A stretch of 64,000 nt of DNA, from positions 146,320,001 to 146,384,000 of the forward strand of contig OZ024740.1 of the NCBI GenBank assembly GCA_964016885.1. Direction: 5' to 3'. The notes beneath the pieces are model-generated. The model had not been told where the DNA came from. It saw only the letters and a list, made by a program, of their open reading frames with translations, and did not search any database. Below, in pieces: positions 42,705 to 58,722 of the stretch. Source of the DNA: Eledone cirrhosa (lineage: Eukaryota). Every line of letters begins with the position of its first letter. The first letter of the stretch is position 1. The translations under genes and the position numbers were made by a program.

Positions 42705-43290
42705 TAAAACAGAAAACAAAAACAAAGCAAAGAGGGAGTACAAAGTGTTAATGTTAGGTTCACGCTTGTGGGGGGGTGGGGGACGACATTTTGGGTAAAA
42801 GCCCTTCATCAGGAGAAAAGTGGGCACGAAAAGAGTTCCGAGGGTGTAAGGGGTGGTGGTGGAAAGACATTAAAAGGGAGAGGGGTTTAGAGGATAAAAA
42901 AAATTGAAATGAAACAAGGGTGTGTAGGGGTGATGATGGAAGGGGAGAGGGAGACGGGGTATGAGTGGGGAAGGTGGTATGTGTGTAGGTGTACGTGTGC
43001 GTGTGGATGTGAGTGTTTGGGGAAGAATGAGGTTCCATGTTCGGGTAATAAGGAAACCATTGTGTAATGTTGTGGGGTTTAAGTCAGTGTGTGCGTGTTG
43101 ATGGAGTCCAGAGGCTGAATGTGTGTACGTGAGGATACGCACGTGTGGTGTGGATGTATGGTTGCGTGATGGTTCCTGGATGTTTTTCCGCAGAGTGTAG
43201 AAATGGATGTTGAAAATTCCGAGTATAGCAGGGTGGATGCCTGGAACGGTGGTGTAGAATCGTAGGTATGGTAATGAGGAAGTAGAGAGT
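42700..43290 (-). mobile_element. Decayed PLE 3' end with a degenerate minimal hammerhead
   Basis: Minus strand CTGATGAAGGGCTTTTACCCAAAATGTC at 42785-42812 resembles the PLE-terminal CTGATGAAGGG..CCCGAAACGTC. Confidence 0.55.
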
Positions 43291-43618
43291 ATATATATTT
43301 ATATATTTTATGCATGAATAAATAAACATATATATGTATATATATCATCATCATCACCATTTAACATCTATTCTTCCACGCTAGCATGAGTTAGATGAGT
43401 TGTCCTACTGTAAAACAAGACAGATCAGAAGACTGTGTCTTGCTCATACAGGAACTCTTTCTGACTTGGTTCGATGCCCTTCCTAATGCCAACCATATAT
43501 ATATATATTTACTTATATGTATATATATAGCTATGTATGCATATATTGCCATATATATATATATATTTGTATATATGTGTGTATATATATATATGTGTAT
43601 ATATACATATATATATGT

Positions 43619-43659
<41 letters not shown>

Positions 43660-43770
43660 CATCATCATCATCATCATACGTCTGCATTTCCCTGCTTGCA
43701 AGGGTGGGTCGAGTCCTATTCATCACAGCATCTCTCCACTTGTCATGGTACTTCGTCATCTCCTTATATA

Positions 43771-43894
<124 letters not shown>

Positions 43895-43953
43895 ATATAT
43901 ATATATAGTATATATATATATATATATATATGTAGTATATATATATATATATA

Positions 43954-43990
<37 letters not shown>

Positions 43991-44003
43991 ATATATATAT
44001 ATA

Positions 44004-44054
<51 letters not shown>

Positions 44055-44068
44055 ATATATATATATAG

Positions 44069-44099
<31 letters not shown>

Positions 44100-44119
44100 T
44101 ATATATATATAGTATATAG

Positions 44120-44161
<42 letters not shown>

Positions 44162-44162
44162 G

Positions 44163-44298
<136 letters not shown>

Positions 44299-44312
44299 GT
44301 ATATATATATAC

Positions 44313-44358
<46 letters not shown>

Positions 44359-44359
44359 T

Positions 44360-44421
<62 letters not shown>

Positions 44422-44428
44422 TATATAC

Positions 44429-44477
<49 letters not shown>

Positions 44478-44479
44478 CA

Positions 44480-44875
44480 TAAATATATAGTAAAACCTAC
44501 TCCAGCCAGTAGGCATCTCTAACAAATACACCCCGTCCCACCACCCCCACCCGATCCACACCACCCCGTTCTATGTAAAGTTATGTTGGTGCCGCGCCAT
44601 CGAGGCCGAAACAAATGAGATCGTGTAGGTGTCACGACAAAAAAACACACAGTCCACGCTGTAATGTGGCCGTGTAGGCAACACGGTAAAAACCTCCCAG
44701 ACCCACACTGTAAATGTGGTTGGTGTTAGGAAGGGCATCCAACTGTAGAAAACCTGCCAGACAGTCCTATGCGAGCAAGACAATCACTCTTGCCTCAAGT
44801 GGGACTACCCCCGTCCAAACCCATGCAAGCGTGGAACACGGACGTTAAACGCTGATGATGATGATGATGATGATA
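44480..44875 (+). mobile_element. Young RTE 3' UTR copy
   Basis: Nearly identical to 56948-57340; (GAT)n tail runs into (TA)n. Confidence 0.92.
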
Positions 44876-44880
44876 TATAC

Positions 44881-44911
<31 letters not shown>

Positions 44912-44946
44912 CATATATACATATATATATATATATACATATATAC

Positions 44947-45019
<73 letters not shown>

Positions 45020-45034
45020 CATATATATATATAT

Positions 45035-45153
<119 letters not shown>

Positions 45154-45164
45154 CATACATATAT

Positions 45165-45221
<57 letters not shown>

Positions 45222-45246
45222 CATATATAGATATATATATATATAT

Positions 45247-45335
<89 letters not shown>

Positions 45336-45453
45336 ACACATATATATATATATATATATACTACACATATATATATATATATATATATATACTACACATA
45401 TATATATATATATATATACTACACATATATATATATATATATATGTACTACAC

Positions 45454-45496
<43 letters not shown>

Positions 45497-45497
45497 T

Positions 45498-45535
<38 letters not shown>

Positions 45536-45552
45536 TACATATATATATATAT

Positions 45553-45881
45553 ATAATATAAGATCAAAAGATGGTTAAAGGAGTTCCATATATTTTATTA
45601 TGCGCATTTCAAAAACAAACATCATCAAGCAATAATATTTGTGTTTTCATCAGATAAAACAGGAGAACATGATATGAAGGCTGTTCTCCTGTTTTATCTG
45701 ATGAAAACACAAATATTATTGCTTGATGATGTTTGTTTTTGAAATGCACATAATAAGATATATGGAACTCCTTTAACCATCTTTTGATCTTATATTATGC
45801 ATACTCCAGTCCCACAAACTGTAGAGTGCTTCTTATCCGATATCTGCATTGCTTTACTGTACTACAATAAAACTCACCTCC

Positions 45882-45884
<3 letters not shown>
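45553..45884 (+). mobile_element. Fold-back PLE-terminus-like cassette (117-bp arms, 12-bp spacer, ~85-bp tail)
   Basis: 45553-45669 is inverted against 45682-45798 with 2 mismatches; tail ends AATAAAACTCACCTCCTACA. Confidence 0.85.
45691..45759 (+). ncRNA. Type-I hammerhead ribozyme with canonical core (mirror copy on the minus strand of the left arm)
   Basis: gttttat CTGATGA [aaacacaaatattatt gctt gatgatgtttgttttt] GAA ATG ca CAT A ataagat: stem I 7 bp, stem II 16 bp with one mismatch, short stem III, AUA site. Confidence 0.8.
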
Positions 45885-45920
<36 letters not shown>

Positions 45921-45957
45921 TATATATATATATATATATACTATATATATATATATA

Positions 45958-46040
<83 letters not shown>

Positions 46041-46104
46041 TATATATATATATATATATATATACTATATATATATATATATATATACTATATATATATA
46101 TATA

Positions 46105-46140
<36 letters not shown>

Positions 46141-46162
46141 TACATATATATATATACATATA

Positions 46163-46221
<59 letters not shown>

Positions 46222-46224
46222 TAC

Positions 46225-46282
<58 letters not shown>

Positions 46283-46301
46283 TACATATATATATATATG
46301 T

Positions 46302-46344
<43 letters not shown>

Positions 46345-46367
46345 TACTATATATATATATACATATA

Positions 46368-46422
<55 letters not shown>

Positions 46423-46450
46423 TACATATATATATATACATATATATATG

Positions 46451-46482
<32 letters not shown>

Positions 46483-46496
46483 TATATATACATATA

Positions 46497-46536
<40 letters not shown>

Positions 46537-46550
46537 TATATATACATATA

Positions 46551-46582
<32 letters not shown>

Positions 46583-46586
46583 CTAC

Positions 46587-46632
<46 letters not shown>

Positions 46633-46642
46633 TATATATATA

Positions 46643-46704
<62 letters not shown>

Positions 46705-46738
46705 TATATATATATATATACTATATATATATATATAC

Positions 46739-46770
<32 letters not shown>

Positions 46771-47024
46771 ATATATATATACTATATATATATATATATA
46801 TACTATATATATATATATATATACTATATATATATATAATATATATACTATATATATATATATATATACTATATATATATATATATATATACTATATATA
46901 TATATATATATACTATATATATATATATATATATACTATATATATATATATATATACTATATATATATATATATATACTATATATATATATATATATATA
47001 CTATATATATATATATATATATAC

Positions 47025-47183
<159 letters not shown>

Positions 47184-47235
47184 TATATATATATGTGTAT
47201 ATATATATATATAATATATATATATATACTATATA

Positions 47236-47274
<39 letters not shown>

Positions 47275-47277
47275 TAC

Positions 47278-47318
<41 letters not shown>

Positions 47319-47322
47319 CTAC

Positions 47323-47364
<42 letters not shown>

Positions 47365-47367
47365 TAC

Positions 47368-47404
<37 letters not shown>

Positions 47405-47408
47405 CTAC

Positions 47409-47445
<37 letters not shown>

Positions 47446-47478
47446 CTACATATATATATATACATATATATATGTATG

Positions 47479-47540
<62 letters not shown>

Positions 47541-47576
47541 CATATATATACAAATATATATATATATATATACAAA

Positions 47577-47636
<60 letters not shown>

Positions 47637-47654
47637 ATATATATATACATATAC

Positions 47655-47791
<137 letters not shown>

Positions 47792-47796
47792 TATAC

Positions 47797-47899
<103 letters not shown>

Positions 47900-47916
47900 C
47901 ATATATATACATATAT

Positions 47917-48436
47917 ATCATCATCATCATCATCATCATCATCAACGTTTAACGTCCGTGTTCCACGCTTGCATGGGTTTGGACGGGGGTAGTCCCACTT
48001 GAGGCAAGAGTGATTGTCTTGCTCGCATAGGACTGTCTGGCAGGTTTTCTACAGTTGGATGCCCTTCCTAACACCAACCACATTTACAGTGTGGGTCTGG
48101 GAGGTTTTTACCGTGTTGCCTACACGGCCACATTACAGCGTGGACTGTGTGTTTTTTTGTCGTGACACCTACACGATCTCATTTGTTTCGGCCTCGATGG
48201 CGCGGCACTAACATAACTTTACATAGAACGGGGTGGTGTGGATGGGGTGGGGGTGGGGGTGGTGGGACGGGGTGTATTTTGTTAGAGATGCCTACTGGCT
48301 GGAGTAGGTTTTACTATATATTTAGGTAAGGCGGGTCTTTTCTGTTACTGAGTACCGCCAAAGGTCTCGGTCCAGTGACATTGTCTTGGAGAGGTGTAAG
48401 TGTGTGATGTCGGAGTTTATCAGCTCGTCCCAGGTT

Positions 48437-48437
<1 letters not shown>
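47917..48437 (-). mobile_element. Young RTE 3' end (ORF tail plus 3' UTR)
   Basis: Reverse complement of ~56834-57340. Confidence 0.92.
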
Positions 48438-48506
<69 letters not shown>

Positions 48507-48540
48507 CATATATATACATATATATATACATATATATATG

Positions 48541-48607
<67 letters not shown>

Positions 48608-48626
48608 GTATATATATACATATATG

Positions 48627-48664
<38 letters not shown>

Positions 48665-48739
48665 CATATATATATGTATATATATATATATATATATATA
48701 CATATATATATGTATATATATACATATATATATGTATAC

Positions 48740-48782
<43 letters not shown>

Positions 48783-48796
48783 CATATATATATATG

Positions 48797-48860
<64 letters not shown>

Positions 48861-48916
48861 TATATGTATATATATACATATATTATGTATACATATATAT
48901 ATGTATATATATATAT

Positions 48917-49264
48917 ATCATCATCATCATCATCATTTCATTTTACGTCCACTTTTCCCTGCTTGCAAGGGTGGGACGGGAACTGATTCTGGCTTGATTT
49001 CTACAGCTGGATGCCCTTCCTAACACCAACCTCATTTACAGTGAGTGCTGGGTGCTTTTTTGCCGTGGCGCCTACACGTCCACTTTGCAGTGGAATGATA
49101 GGGAACCCAGTCCCTATCATCTCATTTCTACAGCTGAGTAAACTGGAGCAATGTGAAATAAAGTGTCTTGCTCAAGGAAACAACACATCACCCGGTCTGA
49201 GAATTGAACTCACAACCTTTCGATTGCAAGGCCAATGCTCTAACCACTAAGCTATGTGCCTCCA
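48917..49264 (-). mobile_element. Full-length tRNA-derived SINE: tRNA head, CORE-like domain, RTE-type 3' tail
   Basis: Minus strand GGAGGCACATAGCTTAGTGGTTAGAGCA (A box)...GTGAGTTCAATTC (B box)...CCTTGAGCAAGACACTTTATTTCAC...GTTAGGAAGGGCATCCAGCTGTAGAAA...GGACGTAAAATG(AT G)n, inserted in (TA)n. Confidence 0.88.
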
Positions 49265-49269
49265 TATAC

Positions 49270-49348
<79 letters not shown>

Positions 49349-49784
49349 TATATACATATATATATATGTATATATATATATACATATATGTATATATATA
49401 TACATATATGTATATATTTTCATTTTACGTCCGCTTTTTCCCTGCAAGGGTGGGACAGGAACTGATTGTGGCTTGATTTCTACAGCTGGATGCCCTTCCT
49501 AACACCAACCTCATTTACAGTGAGTGCCTGGTTTCTTTTTTGCCTCCACGCCACGACAACTTTGCAGTGGAATGATAGGGACCCCAGTCTCTATCATCTC
49601 ATTTCGACACCTGAGTAAACTAGAACAATGTGAAATAAAGTGTCTTGCTCGAGGAAAAAACACATCACCCGGTCTAAGAATTGAACTCACAACCACTACG
49701 CCATGTGCTTCCATTATATATATATAAGTACACACACACACATATACATATAAGTTCACACACATATATATATATATATCTAAG

Positions 49785-50090
49785 GCGGGTAAAATTCCCG
49801 AGATCCATGGCCGAGTTCTCTCCCTCATTATCGCTGCCATGTCCTGCGTCTCCAACAGACCAGTGTCTGTCCTTAGGGCATCAACATACGTTAACCTGGT
49901 CTTCCTCTTCTAGTGTGTCCATGTAGGGGCTCCCAAAGGAGCACTGAGTGCAATGTCAACTCTGGATGTCGGTGAGCATGTCCAGCTAACCTCAGTCTCC
50001 TCTGTGTCACTTTTCATCCTCAGTGTATACTGATTAATGTTCAAAGCCATCCTCAGCATTCTCGTGTAGCACCCATCCACCATCTGAGTG
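49785..50090 (-). mobile_element. RT C-terminal fragment of a third RTE-clade family
   Basis: DGCYTRMLRMALNI; RRLRLAGHAHRHPEL; LLWEPLHGHTRRGRP. Confidence 0.8.
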
Positions 50091-50231
50091 AGTTTCTTAT
50101 ATATATATATACATACATATATATATATATATATACATATACATATTTATATATATACATGCAAGCGTGGAACAGGGACGTTAAACGATGATGATGATGA
50201 TGATGATATATATATATATATATATATCATA

Positions 50232-50269
<38 letters not shown>

Positions 50270-50271
50270 TA

Positions 50272-50314
<43 letters not shown>

Positions 50315-50325
50315 TACATATATAC

Positions 50326-50373
<48 letters not shown>

Positions 50374-50415
50374 GTATATATGTATATATGTATATATATA
50401 TATAATATATATATG

Positions 50416-50449
<34 letters not shown>

Positions 50450-50543
50450 TATATATATGTATATATATATGTATGTATATATATATGTATGTATATATAT
50501 ATGTATGTATATATATATGTATATATATATGTATATATATATG

Positions 50544-50577
<34 letters not shown>

Positions 50578-50597
50578 TATGTATGTATATATATATG

Positions 50598-50631
<34 letters not shown>

Positions 50632-50703
50632 TATGTATGTATATATATATGTATATATATATGTATATATATATGTATATATATATATATGTATATATAT
50701 ATG

Positions 50704-50756
<53 letters not shown>

Positions 50757-50859
50757 ATATGTATGTATATATGTATGTATATATGTATGTATATATGTAT
50801 GTATATATGTATGTATATGTATGTATATGTATGTATATATGTATGTATATATGTATGTA

Positions 50860-50893
<34 letters not shown>

Positions 50894-51138
50894 TATATGT
50901 ATGTATATATGTATGCATATATGTATGTATATATATATGTATATATATGTATATATGTATGTATATATGTATGTATATATGTATGTATGTATGTATATAT
51001 ATATATGTATGTATATATGTATGTATATATATATATGTATGTATATATATATGTGTATGTATATATATGTGTATGTATATATATATATATGTATATATAT
51101 ATATGTGTATATATGTATATATGTATATATATGTATTC

Positions 51139-51177
<39 letters not shown>

Positions 51178-51215
51178 GTATCTATATATATATATATGTA
51201 TATATATATGTATAT

Positions 51216-51246
<31 letters not shown>

Positions 51247-51259
51247 GTATATATATATG

Positions 51260-51478
<219 letters not shown>

Positions 51479-51483
51479 ATATA

Positions 51484-51514
<31 letters not shown>

Positions 51515-51545
51515 GTATATATATATATATATGTATATATATATG

Positions 51546-51660
<115 letters not shown>

Positions 51661-51669
51661 GTATATATG

Positions 51670-51700
<31 letters not shown>

Positions 51701-51701
51701 G

Positions 51702-51780
<79 letters not shown>

Positions 51781-51825
51781 GTATATATGTATATGTATAT
51801 ATGTATATATATATGTATATATGTC

Positions 51826-51874
<49 letters not shown>

Positions 51875-51937
51875 GTATATATGTATATATATATATATGT
51901 ATATATGTATATATATATATGTATATATATATATGTG

Positions 51938-52014
<77 letters not shown>

Positions 52015-52267
52015 GTATATGTATATATATATGTATATATATATATATGTATATGTATATGTATATATATATGTATATGTATATATATATGTATATATAT
52101 ATGTATATATTTTATGTATATATATATGTATATGTATATATATATGTATATATATGTATATATATATGTATATATATATGTATATGTATATATATATGTA
52201 TATATATGTATATATATATGTATATGTATATATATGTATATATATATACATATATATGTATATATAT

Positions 52268-52430
52268 ATCATCATCATCATCATCATACGTACGTGTTCC
52301 ACGCTTGCATGGGTTTGGACGGGGGTAGTCCCACTTGAGGCAAGAGTGATTGTCTTGCTCGCATAGGACTGTCTGGTAGGTTTTCTACAGTTGGATGCCC
52401 TTCCTAACACCAACCTCATTTACAGTGTAA
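52268..52430 (-). mobile_element. Short young RTE 3' UTR copy
   Basis: (CAT)n tail followed by GTTCCACGCTTGCATGGGTTTGGACGGGGGTAGTCCC. Confidence 0.9.
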
Positions 52431-52445
52431 ATATACATATATATG

Positions 52446-52516
<71 letters not shown>

Positions 52517-52991
52517 ATATATATGTATGTATATATATATGTATATATATATGTATGTATATATATATGTATATATATATATGTATATATATATATGTAT
52601 ATATATGTATATATATATATATATGTATATATATATGTATATATATATGTATATATATATGTATATATATATATATGTATGTATATATATATATGTATAT
52701 ATATATGTATATGTTTATATGTATATATGATGATGATGATGTATATAGATGTATATATATGTATATATGTATATATATGTGTATATATGTATATATATGT
52801 ATGTATATATATGTATATATGTATATATATGTATATATATGTATATATGAATATATATGTATGTATATATATGTATATATATGTATGTATATATATGTAT
52901 ATATGTATATATATGTATATATATATATGTATGTATATATATGTATATATATATATATGTATGTATATATATGTATATATATATATGTATG

Positions 52992-53024
<33 letters not shown>

Positions 53025-53237
53025 GTATATATATATATGTATATATATGTATATATATGTGTATATATATGTATATATATGTGTATATATATGTATATAT
53101 ATATATGTATGTATATATATGTATATATATATATGTATGTATATGTGTATATATATGTATGTATATGTGTATATATATGTATATATATGTGTATATATAT
53201 CTATATATATATATATGTATGTATATGTATATATATG

Positions 53238-53272
<35 letters not shown>

Positions 53273-53485
53273 CTATATATGTGTATATATGTGTATATAT
53301 ATGGATATATATATATACCTGTATATATGTGTATATATATATACTTGTATATATGTGTATGTGTATATATATACTTGTATATATGTGTATATATATATAC
53401 ATGTATATATGTGTATATATATATACATGTATATATGTGTATATATATATACATGTATATATATATGTATATATATATATACATG

Positions 53486-53519
<34 letters not shown>

Positions 53520-53523
53520 CATG

Positions 53524-53555
<32 letters not shown>

Positions 53556-53684
53556 CATGTATATATATATATATGTATATATATATATACATGTATATAT
53601 ATATATATATATACATATATATATACATATATATATACATGTATATATATACATATGTATATATATACATATGTATATATATAT

Positions 53685-54478
53685 GAAAGGATAGACCAAC
53701 ACTGGGGGGAACTAAAAGGACGAAAAAACGGGTCAGTACTATACGAACATGCTAGACAACAACATGACGGTAACATAGACAACATAGAAATTAGAATAAT
53801 ATCTAAACATAGGAATGACCCAGCAGATAGGCAAATCAGAGAGGCCAGTGAAATAGAAATTAGAAGACCAAAGCTAAACAGAAAGAATGAGTGGAACAAC
53901 AACAACACCCAAACAAACAACACTGACCTAAGAGAAGTATAAATAAATAAGTAAATTAAATTAAATAAATAAAATAAGATAAATAAATACATACACAAGC
54001 ACATAAACACACACTAGTCACCCAGCAGACACAACACTATACACACTAGTCACACATCACACATAACACTATACACACACGCAAACGCATGCGCAAAGAA
54101 GACAAAATAAAATAAGATAAAGAAACAAGCAAATAAATAAATAAATATATAGACAGACTGAACAAAAAAAAAATGGCGTAGACATACAACACAACAGGAG
54201 GAACAATGAATATAACACCACTGACGATGTTGCAGATGTGCAACGAAAGATTTATGTAAATTATGTAAGCTATATATATATGTGTTTGTCTATATTGTAT
54301 CTGTATTATTTTTGACCGCCGGTCAGTCAATGGCAACATTGAGGACCGAGTAAGTTAGATTGCAGATATATATATATAAAAGACAGCGAGAAGCGAAAAC
54401 CAACCAAACAGTGAGTGTGTTCTGTTATTAATTCTGGCAATATTACGCAAATATGACCCTCCCCAAATATAACAATAT
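53685..54478 (+). mobile_element. Penelope-like element 3' end (GIY-YIG C-terminus plus pLTR)
   Basis: ERIDQHW...[11 protein letters not shown]...[32 protein letters not shown]; hammerhead half CTGACGA T GTTGCA gatg TGCAAC GAAA at 54221-54248. Confidence 0.8.
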
Positions 54479-54524
54479 ATATATATGTATATATATATAT
54501 ACATGTATATATATATATACACAT

Positions 54525-56950
54525 ACCTGATCACCTATAGATCCGGAGAACACACAAGCCAGGTAGATTATATCCTTACCAGAAGACGTGACAGAGTGTC
54601 TGTTGTAAACACTAAATCCCTCCCCCATGAAGAATGCACCTCCCAACATAGACTGATAATTAGCGACCTCATAGTCAGGACGAGACGTACTCGACAGCAG
54701 AAGAGGACTATCCTCAGGAGAAAAATATGGAAGCTAAAGGACCCCACAGCCAGAAATAAATTTCAAAGCATATTACTTGATAGAATATTACATTTAGAGT
54801 CATATCAAAGCATATTACATTTAGAGTCGGACAATATAGAGGGACAGTGGGAATTTCTGAAAGGAAACCTACTGATGGCGACAGACGAAGTCTGTGGCTG
54901 GAGCAGGCCTGTAGGCAGGAGGAGAGTAACATGGTGGTGGAACAGTAAGGTGGAGGGGTCAATTAAGGCCAAAAAGCAGGCTTGGAAAGTATGGCGGGAT
55001 GGGGGAAGTAGAGAAGACTATCAAGTGGCAAGGAGGGAAGCTAGGAGACAAGTGTACTTAGCAGGAGGGGAAGCTGAGGAAAGAAAGTTCAAGCATGTTC
55101 TACAACGCGAGGACCAAAAACGTGAGGTGTTCAGGATTGCTAGGCAATGCGTCAAGGAAAACCGTGATATTGTCGGGGAGAAGTGTGTACTTAACGATGA
55201 TAAGAAGGTAGCTTGGAAATGTCACTATGAAAGGCTACTAAATGAGGAGAATAAATGGGAGAAAGACAGTCTCCCCCATATCGACCCAATAGAGGGACCA
55301 GCAGTGTTAGTCGAGGGGAGTATAATAAGTAAGGCAATCATGGATATGAAGACGGGTAAGGCGGCTGGGCCTTCGGAAATAGTTGCTGAGATGCTGAAGG
55401 CATCTGGCACGGTGGGACACACCATGGTCACCCGCATAGTTAACCAAGTCGTACAGAATGGGGTTGTTCCGAAGGACTGGCATAGCAGCATCATCGTTAA
55501 CTGTTATAAGGGTAAAGGAGATGCCCTAGATAGGAGTAACTATAGAGGCATTAAATTAATCGACCAGGTCATGAAGGTCACGGAAAAAGTAATAGCGCAA
55601 CTAATCAGAGAGAGAATTGACCTAGATGAAATGCAGTTCGGGTTTGTGTCAGGCAAAAGTACCACAGACGCTCTTTTCATTGTACGACAACTACAGGAGA
55701 AGTACCTAGCTAAAGGTAAACCCCTCTACTTAGCTTTTGTCGACTTGGAGAAAGCCTTCGACAGAGTCCGCCGCTCCATTATCTGGTGGGCTCTTAGAAA
55801 ACTAGGCGTTGACGAATGGCTTGTGAGAGCTATACAAGCCATGTATAAAGAAAAAGTCAGCAAGGTTAGAATTAACAACGAATATAGTGAAGAGTTTAGC
55901 GTAAAAGTTGGCGTCCATCAGGGCTCTGTTCTCAGCCCCCTACTATTTATTATTGCCCTTCAGGCTATAACAGAGGAGTTCAAGACCGGCTGCCCATGAC
56001 ACGACCTGACACTCATAGCGGAATCAATGGCCGAGCTAGAGAAGAAATTCCAAACATGGAAGCACGGCCTAGAATCAAAAGGACTTAAAATTAACCTGGC
56101 TAAGACTAAAGTTCTAGTTTGTAGGAAAGAAAATAAGGCGGCGGTCACTTCTGGGAAATGGTCGTGCTCGGTGTGTAGGAAAGGCGTAGGTAGAAACTCC
56201 ATTTTATGTCCTAAGTGCAAAGTATGGGTGCATAAAAGATGTAGTGGGATCACAGGTAAGCTAACTAAGAACATAGATTTTACATGTGGCCGGTGCTCTG
56301 GTGCAATAAGTAGCAGCAAGTGCCCACAAAATACTAGCTCTTTCAATTGCGCAGAGGGTTCTATAGAAATAGTGGACAGCTTCCGTTACCTGGGCGATAA
56401 AATCAGCAGTGGGGGAGGGTGCTCTGAAAGTACAGTAGCTAGAGTCAGAACTGGATGGAAAAAGTTCAGAGAGCTTATACCACTATTAGCCGCTAAAGGG
56501 TTCTCCCTAAAAATGAAAGGCAGGTTGTATGATGCGTGCATACGAACAGCAATGTTGCATGGCAGTGAGACCTGGGCATTGTGTGCAGAGGATATACGCA
56601 GACTAGAGAGGAACGAAGCTTGCATGCTCCGCTGGATGTGTAATAGTAATATACGTGAACGGCAAAGCATAAACGAACTAAGGAAAAAATTAGAAATAAG
56701 AGGGATCAGATGTTGTTTACTCGAGAGAAGGCTACGTTGGTATGGACACGTGATGCGCATGAAAGACGATAGCTGTATAACAAAGTGCAGGGCTATAAAG
56801 ATAGACGGTACCCACGGAATAGGCAGACCCAGAAAAACCTGGGACGAGCTGATAAACTCCGACCTCACACACTTACACCTCTCCAAGACAATGTCACTGG
56901 ACCGAGACCTTTGGCGGTACTCAGTAATAGAGAAGACCCGCCTTACCTAA
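54525..56950 (+). pseudogene. RTE ORF disabled at the catalytic YADD
   Basis: The two track ORFs are in the same frame. The junction reads GCP*HDLTLIAES instead of GCPWELLYADDL. Confidence 0.88.
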
Positions 56951-57340
56951 ATACATAGTAAAACCTACTACAGTCAGTAGGCATCTCTAACAAAATACAC
57001 CCCCGTCCCACCACCCCCACCCCATCCACACCGCCCCCTTCAATGTAAAGTTATGTTGGTGCCACACCATCCAGGCCGAAACAAATGAGATCGTGTAGGT
57101 GTCACGACAAAAAAACACAGTCCACGCTGTAATGTGGCCGTGTAGGCAACACGGTAAAAGCCTCCCAGACCCACACGGTAAATGTGGTTGGTGTTAGGAA
57201 GGGCATCCAACTGTAGAAAACCTGCCAGACAGTCCTATGCGAGCAAGACAATCAATCTTGCCTCAAGTGGGACTACCCCCGTCCAAACCCATGCAAGCGT
57301 GGAACACAGACGTTAAACATTGATGATGATTTTGATGATA
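54525..57340 (+). mobile_element. 5'-truncated, well-preserved RTE LINE (APE C-terminus, RT, 3' UTR, (GAT)n tail)
   Basis: SQVDYILTR/SQHRL (APE), NYRGIKL, QFGF, FVDLEKAFD, GVHQGSVLSP, FRYLG and LRWYGHVMR. Stop at 56950, then a 390-bp UTR and tail. Confidence 0.96.
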
Positions 57341-57388
57341 TATACATATATATATGTATATATATATATATGTATATATATACATATA

Positions 57389-57431
<43 letters not shown>

Positions 57432-57460
57432 ATATATATATATGTATGTATATATATATG

Positions 57461-57585
<125 letters not shown>

Positions 57586-57678
57586 GTATGTATATATATA
57601 TATGTATGTATATATATATATGTATATATATATGTATATATATGTATATATATATGTATATATATGTATATATATATG

Positions 57679-57742
<64 letters not shown>

Positions 57743-57748
57743 TGTGTG

Positions 57749-57780
<32 letters not shown>

Positions 57781-58038
57781 TGTGTATATATATATATATA
57801 TGTATGTATATATATATGTGTATATCTATATATATATATATATATAAATATATATATGTATACATATATATATATGTATATATATATGTATATATATATA
57901 TATATGTATATATATATGTATATGTATATATATATGTATATGTATATATATATGTATATGTATATATATATGTATATGTATATATATATGTATATATATA
58001 TGTATATGTATATATATATGTATATGTATATATATATG

Positions 58039-58075
<37 letters not shown>

Positions 58076-58098
58076 GTATATATATATATGTATATATG

Positions 58099-58129
<31 letters not shown>

Positions 58130-58232
58130 GTATATATATATGTATATATATATGTATATATATATATATGTATATATATATGTACATATATATATATGTA
58201 TATATATATGTATATGTATATATATGTATATG

Positions 58233-58443
<211 letters not shown>

Positions 58444-58536
58444 GTATATATATATGTATATATATATGTATATATATATATATGTATATATATATGTATG
58501 TATATATATATATGTATATGTATATATATGTATATG

Positions 58537-58653
<117 letters not shown>

Positions 58654-58722
58654 GTATATGTATATATATATATGTATATGTATATGTATATATATATATA
58701 TGTATATGTATATGTATATATA

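Noticed and set aside
49190-49264. tRNA-like sequence
   Set aside because: It is the head of a SINE and lacks a proper acceptor stem
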